Source of the DNA: a virus
Direction: 5' to 3' (one strand)
IMG/VR virus record: IMGVR_UViG_3300044856_000216
Coordinates: 32,001 to 96,000 of that record
DNA: 64,000 nucleotides
Each line of letters begins with the position of its first letter. Within the stretch, counting starts at the first letter, position 1. Under the pieces are notes generated by a model, which saw only the letters and a program-made list of their open reading frames with translations, was not told where the DNA came from and did no database searches. Made by a program: the position numbers and the translations under genes. This document shows, piece by piece, positions 42,876-50,885 of the stretch.

Positions 42876-44297
42876 TTATGCGTTTGCCATCTTATCAAAA
42901 CTTCTCTTCATGAAGTCATAATTTACTTTCTGAGATGGACTAAACTTTTTTGTATTCTTATATTTATTAATCCATTCCTCAAACTTGTCCTCATTTTCAT
43001 TCTCACAAGCATATGCCATTAATGCGATTAAAGCTGTTTGGCATTGCTGATATATTGGAGCATTGACTTCAATTCCATTATGATCAAGGCAATAATCAAC
43101 AAGGTCAGAGTAAGTATCAATGTCCTCATCTGTCGCTTCTGGATTTGCGTTTTCCTGTACAAATGAGAGTGTTGATTCATTGGAGTTTTCGCCCTCTAAA
43201 ACTCTTGATTTTATTTGGTTTTTAAGGTCAAACATTTCCAACATAAGCGAAATATATGTATTTATCTTGTTTTGTATCAATTTTTTATCAGATGTACCAG
43301 GTTCTTTGTCAAGTATGTCATAGCTCCATCCATCAACCACTTTGTCATGTAAATTATTTACCAATTCATCTAAAAACTCGACAAATTTGCTATCTTCTAA
43401 TCCCAACTTAATGAATCTATGGAACACGGCAAACCAAACTGGGATATCTTTGAATACAAACAAGTTTTGGAATTTCTCTCCACAAACCTTTGCAATTCGA
43501 TTTCCGTATATATTAATTGTGTTAAATTCTTCATCAGAAGAGCTATTTTCGATAAATTCATTTCTGTCTTTCGGATTCTTTTTCCAATCATCCATATGAA
43601 ATACAGTCATTACAGAATTTGCAACTGTCTGCTCGTAAGTTCCATTCTTCCTCTTTGCACTTGAATATGTAACACAATTTTTGTAAAACTCATTGTTTGC
43701 AATGTTTTTAATTTTTCTTGCATATGTAGGAATCCATGTAAGAGCTTTCTGGTTTGAACCCATGCTCTTATTGCGGTTATACCTTCTTACTAACTTACTG
43801 ATTTCCATCATATTGCAGTTCTGATGAATAACAATTCTGATCTGATAATCATCAAATTTCTTTTTTAATTCATCAGGTAACTGCTCGTAAGTTTTATTCT
43901 TTATGTCAAACTCACAATTGTCCCAAAGAATGCTTCCGTTCTCATCTTTAATAAGATGTCCCTTTTCATCTCTTCGCTTCTTCTGATACTGAATAACGCT
44001 ATTCTCAAAAGATTTAGTTGTTTTCCAGTTCATATGCCTGAATTTATTCAGAGCTGTTGTTCTCTGAATACCATCAACTATATACTGCTGAGTTAAATTA
44101 TCTCCAAGCTCTTCCTCTCCAAGAATTATAGGAGGAATATAATCTTCATTAAGCACCGTATAGATTAGCTCATTTATTGCTCCATTATCCCAACAGAACA
44201 TTCTCTGAACGTCCTGATTTTCTGAAATATCTTCACTATTTACACTCTTTAAATATGAAGATAATGCTATTGCTTGTTCTCTTACCTTTTTTGCCAT
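42876..44297 (-). CDS. DUF262 (GmrSD N-terminal/ParB-like) domain protein
   Basis: 473 aa; IVDGIQRTTAL corresponds to the DGQQR box of DUF262; no obvious HNH/DUF1524 C-terminal motif seen. Confidence 0.6.
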   Translation of the reverse strand: MAKKVREQAIALSSYLKSVNSEDISENQDVQRMFCWDNGAINELIYTVLNEDYIPPIILGEEELGDNLTQQYIVDGIQRTTALNKFRHMNWKTTKSFENSVIQYQKKRRDEKGHLIKDENGSILWDNCEFDIKNKTYEQLPDELKKKFDDYQIRIVIHQNCNMMEISKLVRRYNRNKSMGSNQKALTWIPTYARKIKNIANNEFYKNCVTYSSAKRKNGTYEQTVANSVMTVFHMDDWKKNPKDRNEFIENSSSDEEFNTINIYGNRIAKVCGEKFQNLFVFKDIPVWFAVFHRFIKLGLEDSKFVEFLDELVNNLHDKVVDGWSYDILDKEPGTSDKKLIQNKINTYISLMLEMFDLKNQIKSRVLEGENSNESTLSFVQENANPEATDEDIDTYSDLVDYCLDHNGIEVNAPIYQQCQTALIALMAYACENENEDKFEEWINKYKNTKKFSPSQKVNYDFMKRSFDKMANA

Positions 44298-44326
44298 TGA
44301 TTAATTCCTCCTATATATATTGCCCA

Positions 44327-44899
44327 TTAGTATCTCTGGGTTAAGACTCTTGTGTTTTCATAAGACTGTATTGCTTGTATATTATTTGAATACTCTTTTG
44401 CACTCATATGTAAATATTCTCTGATTTCCATTGGTTTATATCCTTCAGAAAGCAACGCAACAATTTTCCTTTGTGTATGTGATAACTGATTTAAATATCT
44501 CTGTATTCTTGTACCGCCCATCATACTTTGTGCTGCTATTTCAAAAGTATCAAAATCAGAAGGTATCATCTCACTGATTTCCATTCCATCTTCACCTATT
44601 AAAGCATTCATACTTTCAATATTTTTCTGAGGGATTTTTTTTAATCTGTTTCTGTCTCGTATTTCAGTTTTGAACTTGCGTTTAATGTTACTTGCTAAGA
44701 AACAATCAAAATTACATTTATTGTTCTCATCATACCTAAATACTGAATCGGTTAAAACTCCAAGTGCAATTGAATAGAAATCATCAATATCCATTCCATA
44801 TAAACCACCGATTTTATTTAGCATTGGATTACACATTTTTTTAAGCTTTGCCATTTCGTTATTACAATACTTTTCGAGTATTTCTTTTTGTTGAATTTC
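44327..44899 (-). CDS. sigma-70-family (ECF/phage-type) sigma factor
   Basis: 190 aa; region-2-like DIDDFYSIALGVL...; region-4 HTH LSHTQRKIVALLSEGYKPMEIREYLHMSAKEYSNNI. Confidence 0.6.
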   Translation of the reverse strand, partial: EIQQKEILEKYCNNEMAKLKKMCNPMLNKIGGLYGMDIDDFYSIALGVLTDSVFRYDENNKCNFDCFLASNIKRKFKTEIRDRNRLKKIPQKNIESMNALIGEDGMEISEMIPSDFDTFEIAAQSMMGGTRIQRYLNQLSHTQRKIVALLSEGYKPMEIREYLHMSAKEYSNNIQAIQSYENTRVLTQRY

Positions 44900-44933
44900 C
44901 ATTTTTACCACTCTCCTTATGTTTGATATATAA

Positions 44934-45554
44934 TTATTCTCCGTTTTCTATCTCAACTATTCGGTATCTATATTTACGACTAAATAATCCATTTATCGCT
45001 TTTTGTGTTCTTTCTTTGCTGACTTTAGTGGTATCTACCTCAGCTATTACATTATGTATAATGACCATCTCATCCTTAAGATTTCGTCTATTTTTTCGAT
45101 TGGTACGAATTCTCTTATAGAATATCCAACCTCTGTAAAGATCAACTGGCTTTTCCAACTCTACCTCATGCAAAATATCTATCAATTCTTCGTCAGCTCG
45201 CTTCAACTCAATTTCAAGTTCTTTATATCTTTTTGCTGCATCATTAAGAATTCGCTCACATTCACCAAATTTATCAATCCAAGACCTAACAGATTCAGAG
45301 ACTTCATATCCATCATTACCTTTGATTGATGTTTTCGTTGCTTCAACAATTCTCTCAACTGGTGTCTGTATCTTAATATCAGGAATACATTCCAACTTAA
45401 AATGCAAACGTCTCATGGATTTTGGTAGATGCTCCAAGATATTTTCTGCCTTTTGTTTTGGAAATGTATCTCTAATTTTCCTTGAACAAGCGACTGGTTG
45501 TCCATTATTGAGCCTTATGTATACACCATTGTTGTTTACAATTGCGTATTCCAA
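44934..45554 (-). CDS. hypothetical protein
   Basis: 206-aa ORF, basic, coiled-coil middle. Confidence 0.6.
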   Translation of the reverse strand: MEYAIVNNNGVYIRLNNGQPVACSRKIRDTFPKQKAENILEHLPKSMRRLHFKLECIPDIKIQTPVERIVEATKTSIKGNDGYEVSESVRSWIDKFGECERILNDAAKRYKELEIELKRADEELIDILHEVELEKPVDLYRGWIFYKRIRTNRKNRRNLKDEMVIIHNVIAEVDTTKVSKERTQKAINGLFSRKYRYRIVEIENGE

Positions 45555-45585
45555 TTTCTATCACCCTTTCTTCTTATTTATAATA

Positions 45586-45643
45586 AGAGGCATCAAGGAG
45601 TTGAACCTTACATGATTTGGCTTTCCTGCAAAGCTGATGCCTC
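45586..45643 (-). ncRNA. tRNA-like minihelix (acceptor stem, D-arm and T-arm present; anticodon arm absent)
   Basis: minus strand GAGGCAT-CA-GCTT(TGCAGGA)AAGC-CAAATCATG-TAAGG(TTCAACT)CCTTG-ATGCCTC-T; perfect 7-bp acceptor pairing and a canonical T-loop TTCAACT. Confidence 0.35.
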
Positions 45644-45773
45644 ATCCGTTAGTGGATTAAACTATGGTAGAACTATAGCAGCTACACATTCTGCTCTTAC
45701 AAGGCAATATGTATGTACAAAGAAACAAGTGCCTTGCGTTATGCACTTACATCGGGTGTGATTCAGTGCATAG

Positions 45774-45845
45774 CAGGGCTAGTTGGATTCGAACCAACGA
45801 ATGCGAGAATCAAAATCTCGTGCCTTACCGCTTGGCGATAGCCCT
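45774..45845 (-). tRNA. tRNA-Gln (anticodon UUG), CCA not encoded
   Basis: AGGGCTATCGCCAAGCGGTAAGGCACGAGATTTTGATTCTCGCATTCGTTGGTTCGAATCCAACTAGCCCTG folds as a cloverleaf; loop UUUUGAU; aligns position by position with E. coli tRNA-Gln; followed by CTA, not CCA. Confidence 0.9.
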
Positions 45846-45903
45846 ATAATTTATTAAATTAAAATTAAATAACGTGAAAATGTGCTGAATTGCCTGAATT
45901 TAA

Positions 45904-45932
45904 TTGACAGAATGCCAATTTATATGTATTAT
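45904..45932 (+). promoter_or_regulatory. near-consensus sigma-70 promoter on the plus strand
   Basis: TTGACA (45904-45909), 17 nt, TATTAT (45927-45932). Confidence 0.45.
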
Positions 45933-45936
45933 AACT

Positions 45937-46040
45937 ATGAGCGTATTCCAGTACGCTCATGAACAACAATTCAATAAACAATGTTATTAGAGGAAGTCGA
46001 GCGAGTGTTCCAGCACTATGATGCTCGACTTTCTCTTTTT
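45937..46040 (+). ncRNA. candidate small RNA (about 100 nt) with two hairpins and an intrinsic terminator
   Basis: hairpin 1 ATGAGCGTA-TTCCAG-TACGCTCAT (45937-45960); hairpin 2 AGTCGAGC...GCTCGACT (45995-46030) with an inner AGTG-TTCCAG-CACT tip, followed by TTCTCTTTTT; alternatively a leaderless 17-codon ORF. Confidence 0.35.
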
Positions 46041-46113
46041 GTATCTCACATTTAATATAATAGAACGTTCGTTCGGCTTTGTCAATACTTTTATCGAACA
46101 TTCATTCTGTTTT

Positions 46114-46392
46114 TTATATGATATCACGTTGCGAGTCCCAAATTCTGCCCTCGCAACTACAAAATTTAATATTGTGTATCATTTCTGTATGAGACAAGCT
46201 AATTCGATTGAACACATTATTAGATAACCAATCAATCTCATCATCAGCTTTATTAATTATTCTCTTTCCTTCATCGGGTGTAATCTGTTTTGGCTTTGTA
46301 TGAATAAACGTAATTCCATTAAAGGAATCCAACCAGATTTTACCAGGAGCTTCGTCTATTAGTTGTTTTGCTTCTTCTTTGCTTATATACAT
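46114..46392 (-). CDS. hypothetical protein, translationally coupled to the MazF-like gene
   Basis: 92 aa; 10-nt overlap with the upstream toxin-like gene. Confidence 0.5.
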   Translation of the reverse strand: MYISKEEAKQLIDEAPGKIWLDSFNGITFIHTKPKQITPDEGKRIINKADDEIDWLSNNVFNRISLSHTEMIHNIKFCSCEGRIWDSQRDII

Positions 46393-46772
46393 GTCGTTCC
46401 CTCCTCTAATCTATATCCAGTTCCAAAGAACAAACCATTAAAACACGTCTGGTCAATCATTCTTCTATCTTCCTTACATATGATTGTACCAAGTTTTTCC
46501 ATTACCTCCGTTTTAGAGATAGTTATTATCTGCTCGCCCATTACCATTGAATAAAGCTGCAATCCATTTTCTCCATTGGCTTCAAGACATCCATGCACTG
46601 GCATATTTGTCTTTTTAATTTTACTTGTCAAAGGCATCACTGTAATTATCGTAGCATGTTTTGTCCCAATTGGGTTTGATACGATCACATATGGACGTTC
46701 TTTAGTCTGGACTGATCCTTCGCCTTGATATTTGATTTTCGCTTTTATAACATCATATCTCTGTAAATCCAT
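46383..46772 (-). CDS. MazF/PemK-family toxin-like endoribonuclease
   Basis: 129 aa; YDVIKAKI...ERPYVIVSNPIG...ITVMPLTSK pattern typical of PemK/MazF. Confidence 0.6.
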   Translation of the reverse strand: MDLQRYDVIKAKIKYQGEGSVQTKERPYVIVSNPIGTKHATIITVMPLTSKIKKTNMPVHGCLEANGENGLQLYSMVMGEQIITISKTEVMEKLGTIICKEDRRMIDQTCFNGLFFGTGYRLEEGTTCI

Positions 46773-46933
46773 ATGTACGTTCCTCCTCTCTTTTGTATTT
46801 ATGTACCTTGGATTACCTTTGATATTTCATACTATACGCCCTTAACAATATAATGTCAATAGTTATTCTTAAGATTATATTTATTTTTTTAACAATATAT
46901 GCTAAAGTATATATTATCAAGGAGGTAATATAT

Positions 46934-47143
46934 ATGAAACTTAATATAAAACCATTAGTTGACGCAAAAGGACTAAATAGAAATCAGCTTTCAAAAGAAC
47001 TAAAAATAGGATATCAAGCAACATGTAATTTGTATGATGGTAATGCACAACGCATATACTTTGATACATTGCAAAGATTATGTGACGTTCTCGAATGTAC
47101 TCCTAATGATATTTTAATATCTGAACACGACACTAAAAATTAG
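46934..47143 (+). CDS. XRE-family helix-turn-helix regulator
   Basis: 69 aa from ATG after AAGGAGGTAATATAT (track start 46853); LNRNQLSKELKIGYQATCNLYDG...LQRLCDVLECTPNDIL; the only convincing plus-strand gene. Confidence 0.7.
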   Translation: MKLNIKPLVDAKGLNRNQLSKELKIGYQATCNLYDGNAQRIYFDTLQRLCDVLECTPNDILISEHDTKN

Positions 47144-47156
47144 TGTCGTATACATA

Positions 47157-47351
47157 TCACACAAATTTAACTAGATCAAATGGTTGCACTTTCATAGCTT
47201 TGGCAACCAAATCTAATACAGCCAAATCAGGAACAGCACTTCCATTTTCCCACTTACTAATTGTACTTGGTGCAATGTCAGCCATTTTCGCAAGTCCTCT
47301 TACTGTTATTCTCTTTTCAATTCTGATTTTCTTTCCGATATATTTAACCAT
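47157..47351 (-). CDS. XRE-family helix-turn-helix regulator
   Basis: 64 aa; ITVRGLAKMADIAPSTISKWENG...; ATG after GGAGATGTGATT. Confidence 0.7.
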   Translation of the reverse strand: MVKYIGKKIRIEKRITVRGLAKMADIAPSTISKWENGSAVPDLAVLDLVAKAMKVQPFDLVKFV

Positions 47352-47353
47352 AA

Positions 47354-48334
47354 TCACATCTCCATCAATTTCTCTTTCATTCCAACAGCTCCATTGGCAT
47401 AATTATTAACTGTTGTATTTACACTACTATGTCCAAGCTGCTGCTGAACAAATGCAAGATTTCCATTTCTGTTCATTATACTAGCATAATAATGTCGCAT
47501 CATATGTGGAGTAATACCATTTCCATAATTCTCAAATATCTGTTTGATATTTCTCTCTGTTGTACGTGTACCGTTTTTATTTACAAACACAGCTTCCGTA
47601 TCTACAATATTGTCTAAGGTACTTCTGTATTCTAACCATTCTCTTATAGCTTTTAAAGCAGATCCACTAAGATATACCGTTCTATTTTGCATTTCTCTAT
47701 ACACGCCCTTACCAAGAATAGTAATATATGGCATTTCTTCGTCCAAATGTAAATCAGATAAATCCAAACCAGCAAGTTCAGATTCTCTTATTCCAGTTCC
47801 TCTTAACACACGAAAGATAGCAATATTCCTATTTCTTACTGGAATATCCTTTTTCCACATTATTTTCTGTTCCATATCATTAAGCTGTTTTTCTGTTGGG
47901 AGTTTTTTAGTTAAGTTGTTCCCAGATGGAATTCCTTTATATGTTACATCTTTAAAGAATTTATCTTTAATTTCAGTTCCTTTTACTCTGCTCATATAAT
48001 CCCAAAAGCTACTTATTATATGTTTCCTAGTTTCTAATGTTGTAGGTGACATTCCATTCTGCTCTTTTGTCTTTAAATATAACGTGATATCTTCTGCCAT
48101 AATGTCAGTAAAATCCGATGGCTCAATATCTGAAATATTTGTTTTATCAATAAGTTTCTCTTTAATAAACCAATTGAGTAAATCTACAATAACCCCAAGA
48201 TAATTCAATGCGCCTGCTTTACTCTCTATCTTTACAGTAAAATATTTTCTCATATATATAGGAAGATTTAACTCATCCAACTTTCTATTAAGCTTTTCAG
48301 CATTTTTATTTTGTATTTTTATTTTGTAACACAT
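47354..48334 (-). CDS. int: tyrosine recombinase / phage integrase family
   Basis: 326 aa; RGTGIRESEL (Arg I), HMMRHYYAS (His-x-x-Arg), LGHSSVNTTVNNY (His...Tyr). Confidence 0.85.
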   Translation of the reverse strand: MCYKIKIQNKNAEKLNRKLDELNLPIYMRKYFTVKIESKAGALNYLGVIVDLLNWFIKEKLIDKTNISDIEPSDFTDIMAEDITLYLKTKEQNGMSPTTLETRKHIISSFWDYMSRVKGTEIKDKFFKDVTYKGIPSGNNLTKKLPTEKQLNDMEQKIMWKKDIPVRNRNIAIFRVLRGTGIRESELAGLDLSDLHLDEEMPYITILGKGVYREMQNRTVYLSGSALKAIREWLEYRSTLDNIVDTEAVFVNKNGTRTTERNIKQIFENYGNGITPHMMRHYYASIMNRNGNLAFVQQQLGHSSVNTTVNNYANGAVGMKEKLMEM

Positions 48335-48339
48335 AATTA

Positions 48340-48609
48340 TCACTCCCTTGTGTAATCTGCTATCGCTTTTGCAATAGCTTTAGCTGCTCTTTTACTTTTT
48401 AATGATCTCTGAATAGATTCTGTATTCCAAGGGACATCACTAAACTCAGCTAACTCACCACCACAATTCCAATTCGGAATACTAAAGAACCCTCCATTTA
48501 CATATTCTCCGAAAATCACACTATAATAATTTCCATTATATTCAACACCTATATGGTGAATATTTTCAACATAAGCATCACCATTATAACCGATTTTATA
48601 ATTTTCCAT
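48340..48609 (-). CDS. hypothetical protein
   Basis: 89 aa; start at ATG after GTGAGGTTGATTAAT. Confidence 0.5.
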   Translation of the reverse strand: MENYKIGYNGDAYVENIHHIGVEYNGNYYSVIFGEYVNGGFFSIPNWNCGGELAEFSDVPWNTESIQRSLKSKRAAKAIAKAIADYTRE

Positions 48610-48620
48610 ATTAATCAACC

Positions 48621-48920
48621 TCACTTTCCTACATACATATTCTCTGTTTTCCATTCAGGTAGCAGCTCATTATTCTCATCATAATATTTTGACTTAATTT
48701 TCTTTGCATATTCCATTCGCTCATCAAAATCATCGCACCACCTAACTTCAAGATTTTTAGTTCTCATTTGTAACTTTGTACATAGACAACACAAGTTTTT
48801 TACATGATCCTTTTCTCTCATATTCGGTCTGCGTATTTTATCACCAACTTGATTTTTGCTAAGACATCTTAAGCAGATAAACTCACTTGCTCTGCTCGTA
48901 TTGTCGTGTCGTTTACTCAT
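48621..48920 (-). CDS. Cys-rich basic protein
   Basis: 99 aa; CLRC ... CCLC; ATG after GAGGTAATGAAT. Confidence 0.5.
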   Translation of the reverse strand: MSKRHDNTSRASEFICLRCLSKNQVGDKIRRPNMREKDHVKNLCCLCTKLQMRTKNLEVRWCDDFDERMEYAKKIKSKYYDENNELLPEWKTENMYVGK

Positions 48921-48943
48921 ATTCATTACCTCATTTTCTGTAC

Positions 48944-48972
48944 TAAAAAAGAAGCAGATGATTTCTGCTTCT
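48944..48972 (-). terminator. rho-independent terminator
   Basis: minus strand AGAAGCAGA-AATCA-TCTGCTTCT followed by TTTTTT, 48 nt after the stop at 49020. Confidence 0.55.
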
Positions 48973-49019
48973 ATTGCTTATTTCTATATTTAATTTGCTT
49001 TCAATAAGAAAGTATTTTT

Positions 49020-49397
49020 TCATTTAATTAATACATCTACATCAATATCTGTTTTAAAAATAACGAACGATCCTAGTTCAATTAATTCTTCCGTTTTCTT
49101 AGCGGCTTCTCTCCAATCTAATCCTTCGTAATCTCTCTTTGAAATTTCAATAAAATCAGTTTCGTAAATTTTCTTATGAGTCTTTTTTATATCAACACAT
49201 CCGCTACTATTCAGTTCAGGTCTTCGTATTTTTACAACATATGAATCATATTTTGTGTCGATTATAAGTACACTTGCCATTTCACAGATTCTTTTATCTG
49301 GTAATCTACTTATAAGTTTTGTTCTAATATCTCCAATATCCTCTTTATATAAATGTGGCTCATAAACACAATCTACAAGGCTTCCAAGTATCTTCAT
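49020..49397 (-). CDS. hypothetical protein
   Basis: 125-aa ORF in gene train. Confidence 0.55.
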   Translation of the reverse strand: MKILGSLVDCVYEPHLYKEDIGDIRTKLISRLPDKRICEMASVLIIDTKYDSYVVKIRRPELNSSGCVDIKKTHKKIYETDFIEISKRDYEGLDWREAAKKTEELIELGSFVIFKTDIDVDVLIK

Positions 49398-49427
49398 ATT
49401 ATTACCTCCAAATTTACCAAGAAATCG

Positions 49428-49706
49428 TCAATTCTTTACTTCTTCTCTTTGCCAACCATCAATATACCAGTTTGCATTTTTCTTATCTTTAATACCGCTA
49501 TTATATCTCGCAATCAATCTGCCAATTTCTTCATTACTCGGTTGTTTCTGTAACTGATTCACAGATACATGTCTACAATCATCAGGATTATCACAATTAT
49601 CAAACTTTACGATGCACTCTTCATCGCTGTTCCAAGTGTACTCCATAAAAGTTCCCACAAGCCTCAATCCCAAATGAACTACTCTATCACCTTTTTTAAA
49701 TTCCAT
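49428..49706 (-). CDS. hypothetical protein
   Basis: 92-aa ORF in gene train. Confidence 0.5.
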   Translation of the reverse strand: MEFKKGDRVVHLGLRLVGTFMEYTWNSDEECIVKFDNCDNPDDCRHVSVNQLQKQPSNEEIGRLIARYNSGIKDKKNANWYIDGWQREEVKN

Positions 49707-49739
49707 CTATACCACCTCTTCCAATCTTCCAACAAATTC

Positions 49740-49892
49740 TTAATACCCATTACACATACAATAATACTTAACATCAGGTTCTCCTCTAACATGGCGATAC
49801 CCCATTTCTCTTATTAGCCTTAAACCTGAATTATACTGCTTGTCATTTGTAAAATTATCTTTTCTTGCCAATTCATTTATAATTGATTCCAT
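49740..49892 (-). CDS. small hypothetical protein
   Basis: 50 aa; GGAGAATACAA ATG; below track cutoff. Confidence 0.35.
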   Translation of the reverse strand: MESIINELARKDNFTNDKQYNSGLRLIREMGYRHVRGEPDVKYYCMCNGY

Positions 49893-49935
49893 TTGTATTC
49901 TCCATTAATTCGGCTTTTATGCTGCTAGTTTAATA

Positions 49936-50169
49936 TTAAATTTTGTGTCTTTTGACATAATCCCAGGAATATGATTCCAATAGCCTTTGTCCAAATTGAA
50001 ATGGAATTACTTTCTTATACCCCATTTTAATTAATTCTGTTACTCTTATTTTACATTTTTTAATATCATCTCCAAATTCAGCTAAGATCCACGGCTCATT
50101 TTCAGAAAAACTTGTGCCATCTTTATCTGCGTATGCTATAGCGTAACTTCCTTGAATTCCATCCATCAT
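49936..50169 (-). CDS. hypothetical protein
   Basis: 77 aa; ATG after AGAAGGAGAAAA (track start 50199). Confidence 0.45.
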   Translation of the reverse strand: MMDGIQGSYAIAYADKDGTSFSENEPWILAEFGDDIKKCKIRVTELIKMGYKKVIPFQFGQRLLESYSWDYVKRHKI

Positions 50170-50199
50170 TTTTCTCCTTCTTTTTCTAAAAAAAATCAT

Positions 50200-50463
50200 T
50201 TACAGTGAAATTTTACCACTTCTATAGTCATTTATTTTAGCGGTTCTTTGTGTACCATCAGCATTAAACATCAATTCTTCAACTTCCTGCTTCATTATAC
50301 TGATTTCCGACAAATCGTACTGCTCAACCATTCTCTTTAATTCATCAGATAATCCAGTCATTTGTGATAAATCTTCAATAGCTCTTTCCATATATTCATA
50401 AGCTAAATCTAAATTGTTCCACACGGTATCTAAATTATTTTGCGTTTTATTAATTCGGCTCAT
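50200..50463 (-). CDS. hypothetical protein
   Basis: 87-aa ORF in gene train. Confidence 0.5.
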   Translation of the reverse strand: MSRINKTQNNLDTVWNNLDLAYEYMERAIEDLSQMTGLSDELKRMVEQYDLSEISIMKQEVEELMFNADGTQRTAKINDYRSGKISL

Positions 50464-50473
50464 TTATATCACC

Positions 50474-50641
50474 TCATTTCATCACAGACACATCAATAAC
50501 ATTTAATCCTGCATCTTCCAAATCCTGTTCAACACAATATCTCAATGTTTCTTCTGATGACTCATCATCATAGAATTCTCCTTCAACTTCTACAATAAGT
50601 TTTGCTTTTACCTTATTTGGTTTATCCATTGTTTTTGACAT
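50474..50641 (-). CDS. small acidic protein
   Basis: 55 aa; GAGGTGATATAA ATG (the same SD context as the next gene); below track cutoff. Confidence 0.4.
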   Translation of the reverse strand: MSKTMDKPNKVKAKLIVEVEGEFYDDESSEETLRYCVEQDLEDAGLNVIDVSVMK

Positions 50642-50653
50642 TTATATCACCTC

Positions 50654-50842
50654 TTATCTCTCAGTTACAATTAAATTCTCTATATCGTACCTGCAATCAA
50701 TCCAATGTTCATATAATCCAATATTTTCATCTGTCGGCTTCCTTGTTGCTGATGAAATATAATTATCAAATTTAGCAATTGCATTATACATTTTCTCAAG
50801 GTCTTCTTTTGTGATCTCATCAGTACTTCTAAATTCTTTCAT
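50654..50842 (-). CDS. hypothetical protein
   Basis: 62-aa ORF in gene train. Confidence 0.45.
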   Translation of the reverse strand: MKEFRSTDEITKEDLEKMYNAIAKFDNYISSATRKPTDENIGLYEHWIDCRYDIENLIVTER

Positions 50843-50885
50843 TATACCACCTCTTCCATTCTTCCAAGTAAATCATTCTTTCTTT

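Noticed and set aside
45586-45643. tmRNA tRNA-like domain
   Set aside because: The T-loop resembles that of tmRNA, but the acceptor stem has G3-C70 rather than G3-U70. The two halves are contiguous, so there is no room for an mRNA-like domain, and no tag reading frame is present.
45865-46101. 78-aa minus-strand ORF between tRNA-Gln and the MazF-like operon
   Set aside because: It runs antisense through the near-consensus plus-strand promoter, both hairpins and the terminator. It has no SD, and its composition is not protein-like.
46889-46917. TTAACA-17-TATTAT as the promoter of the plus-strand XRE gene
   Set aside because: The predicted start site would fall inside or beyond the gene's own GGAGG SD, so this cannot be the functional promoter as drawn.
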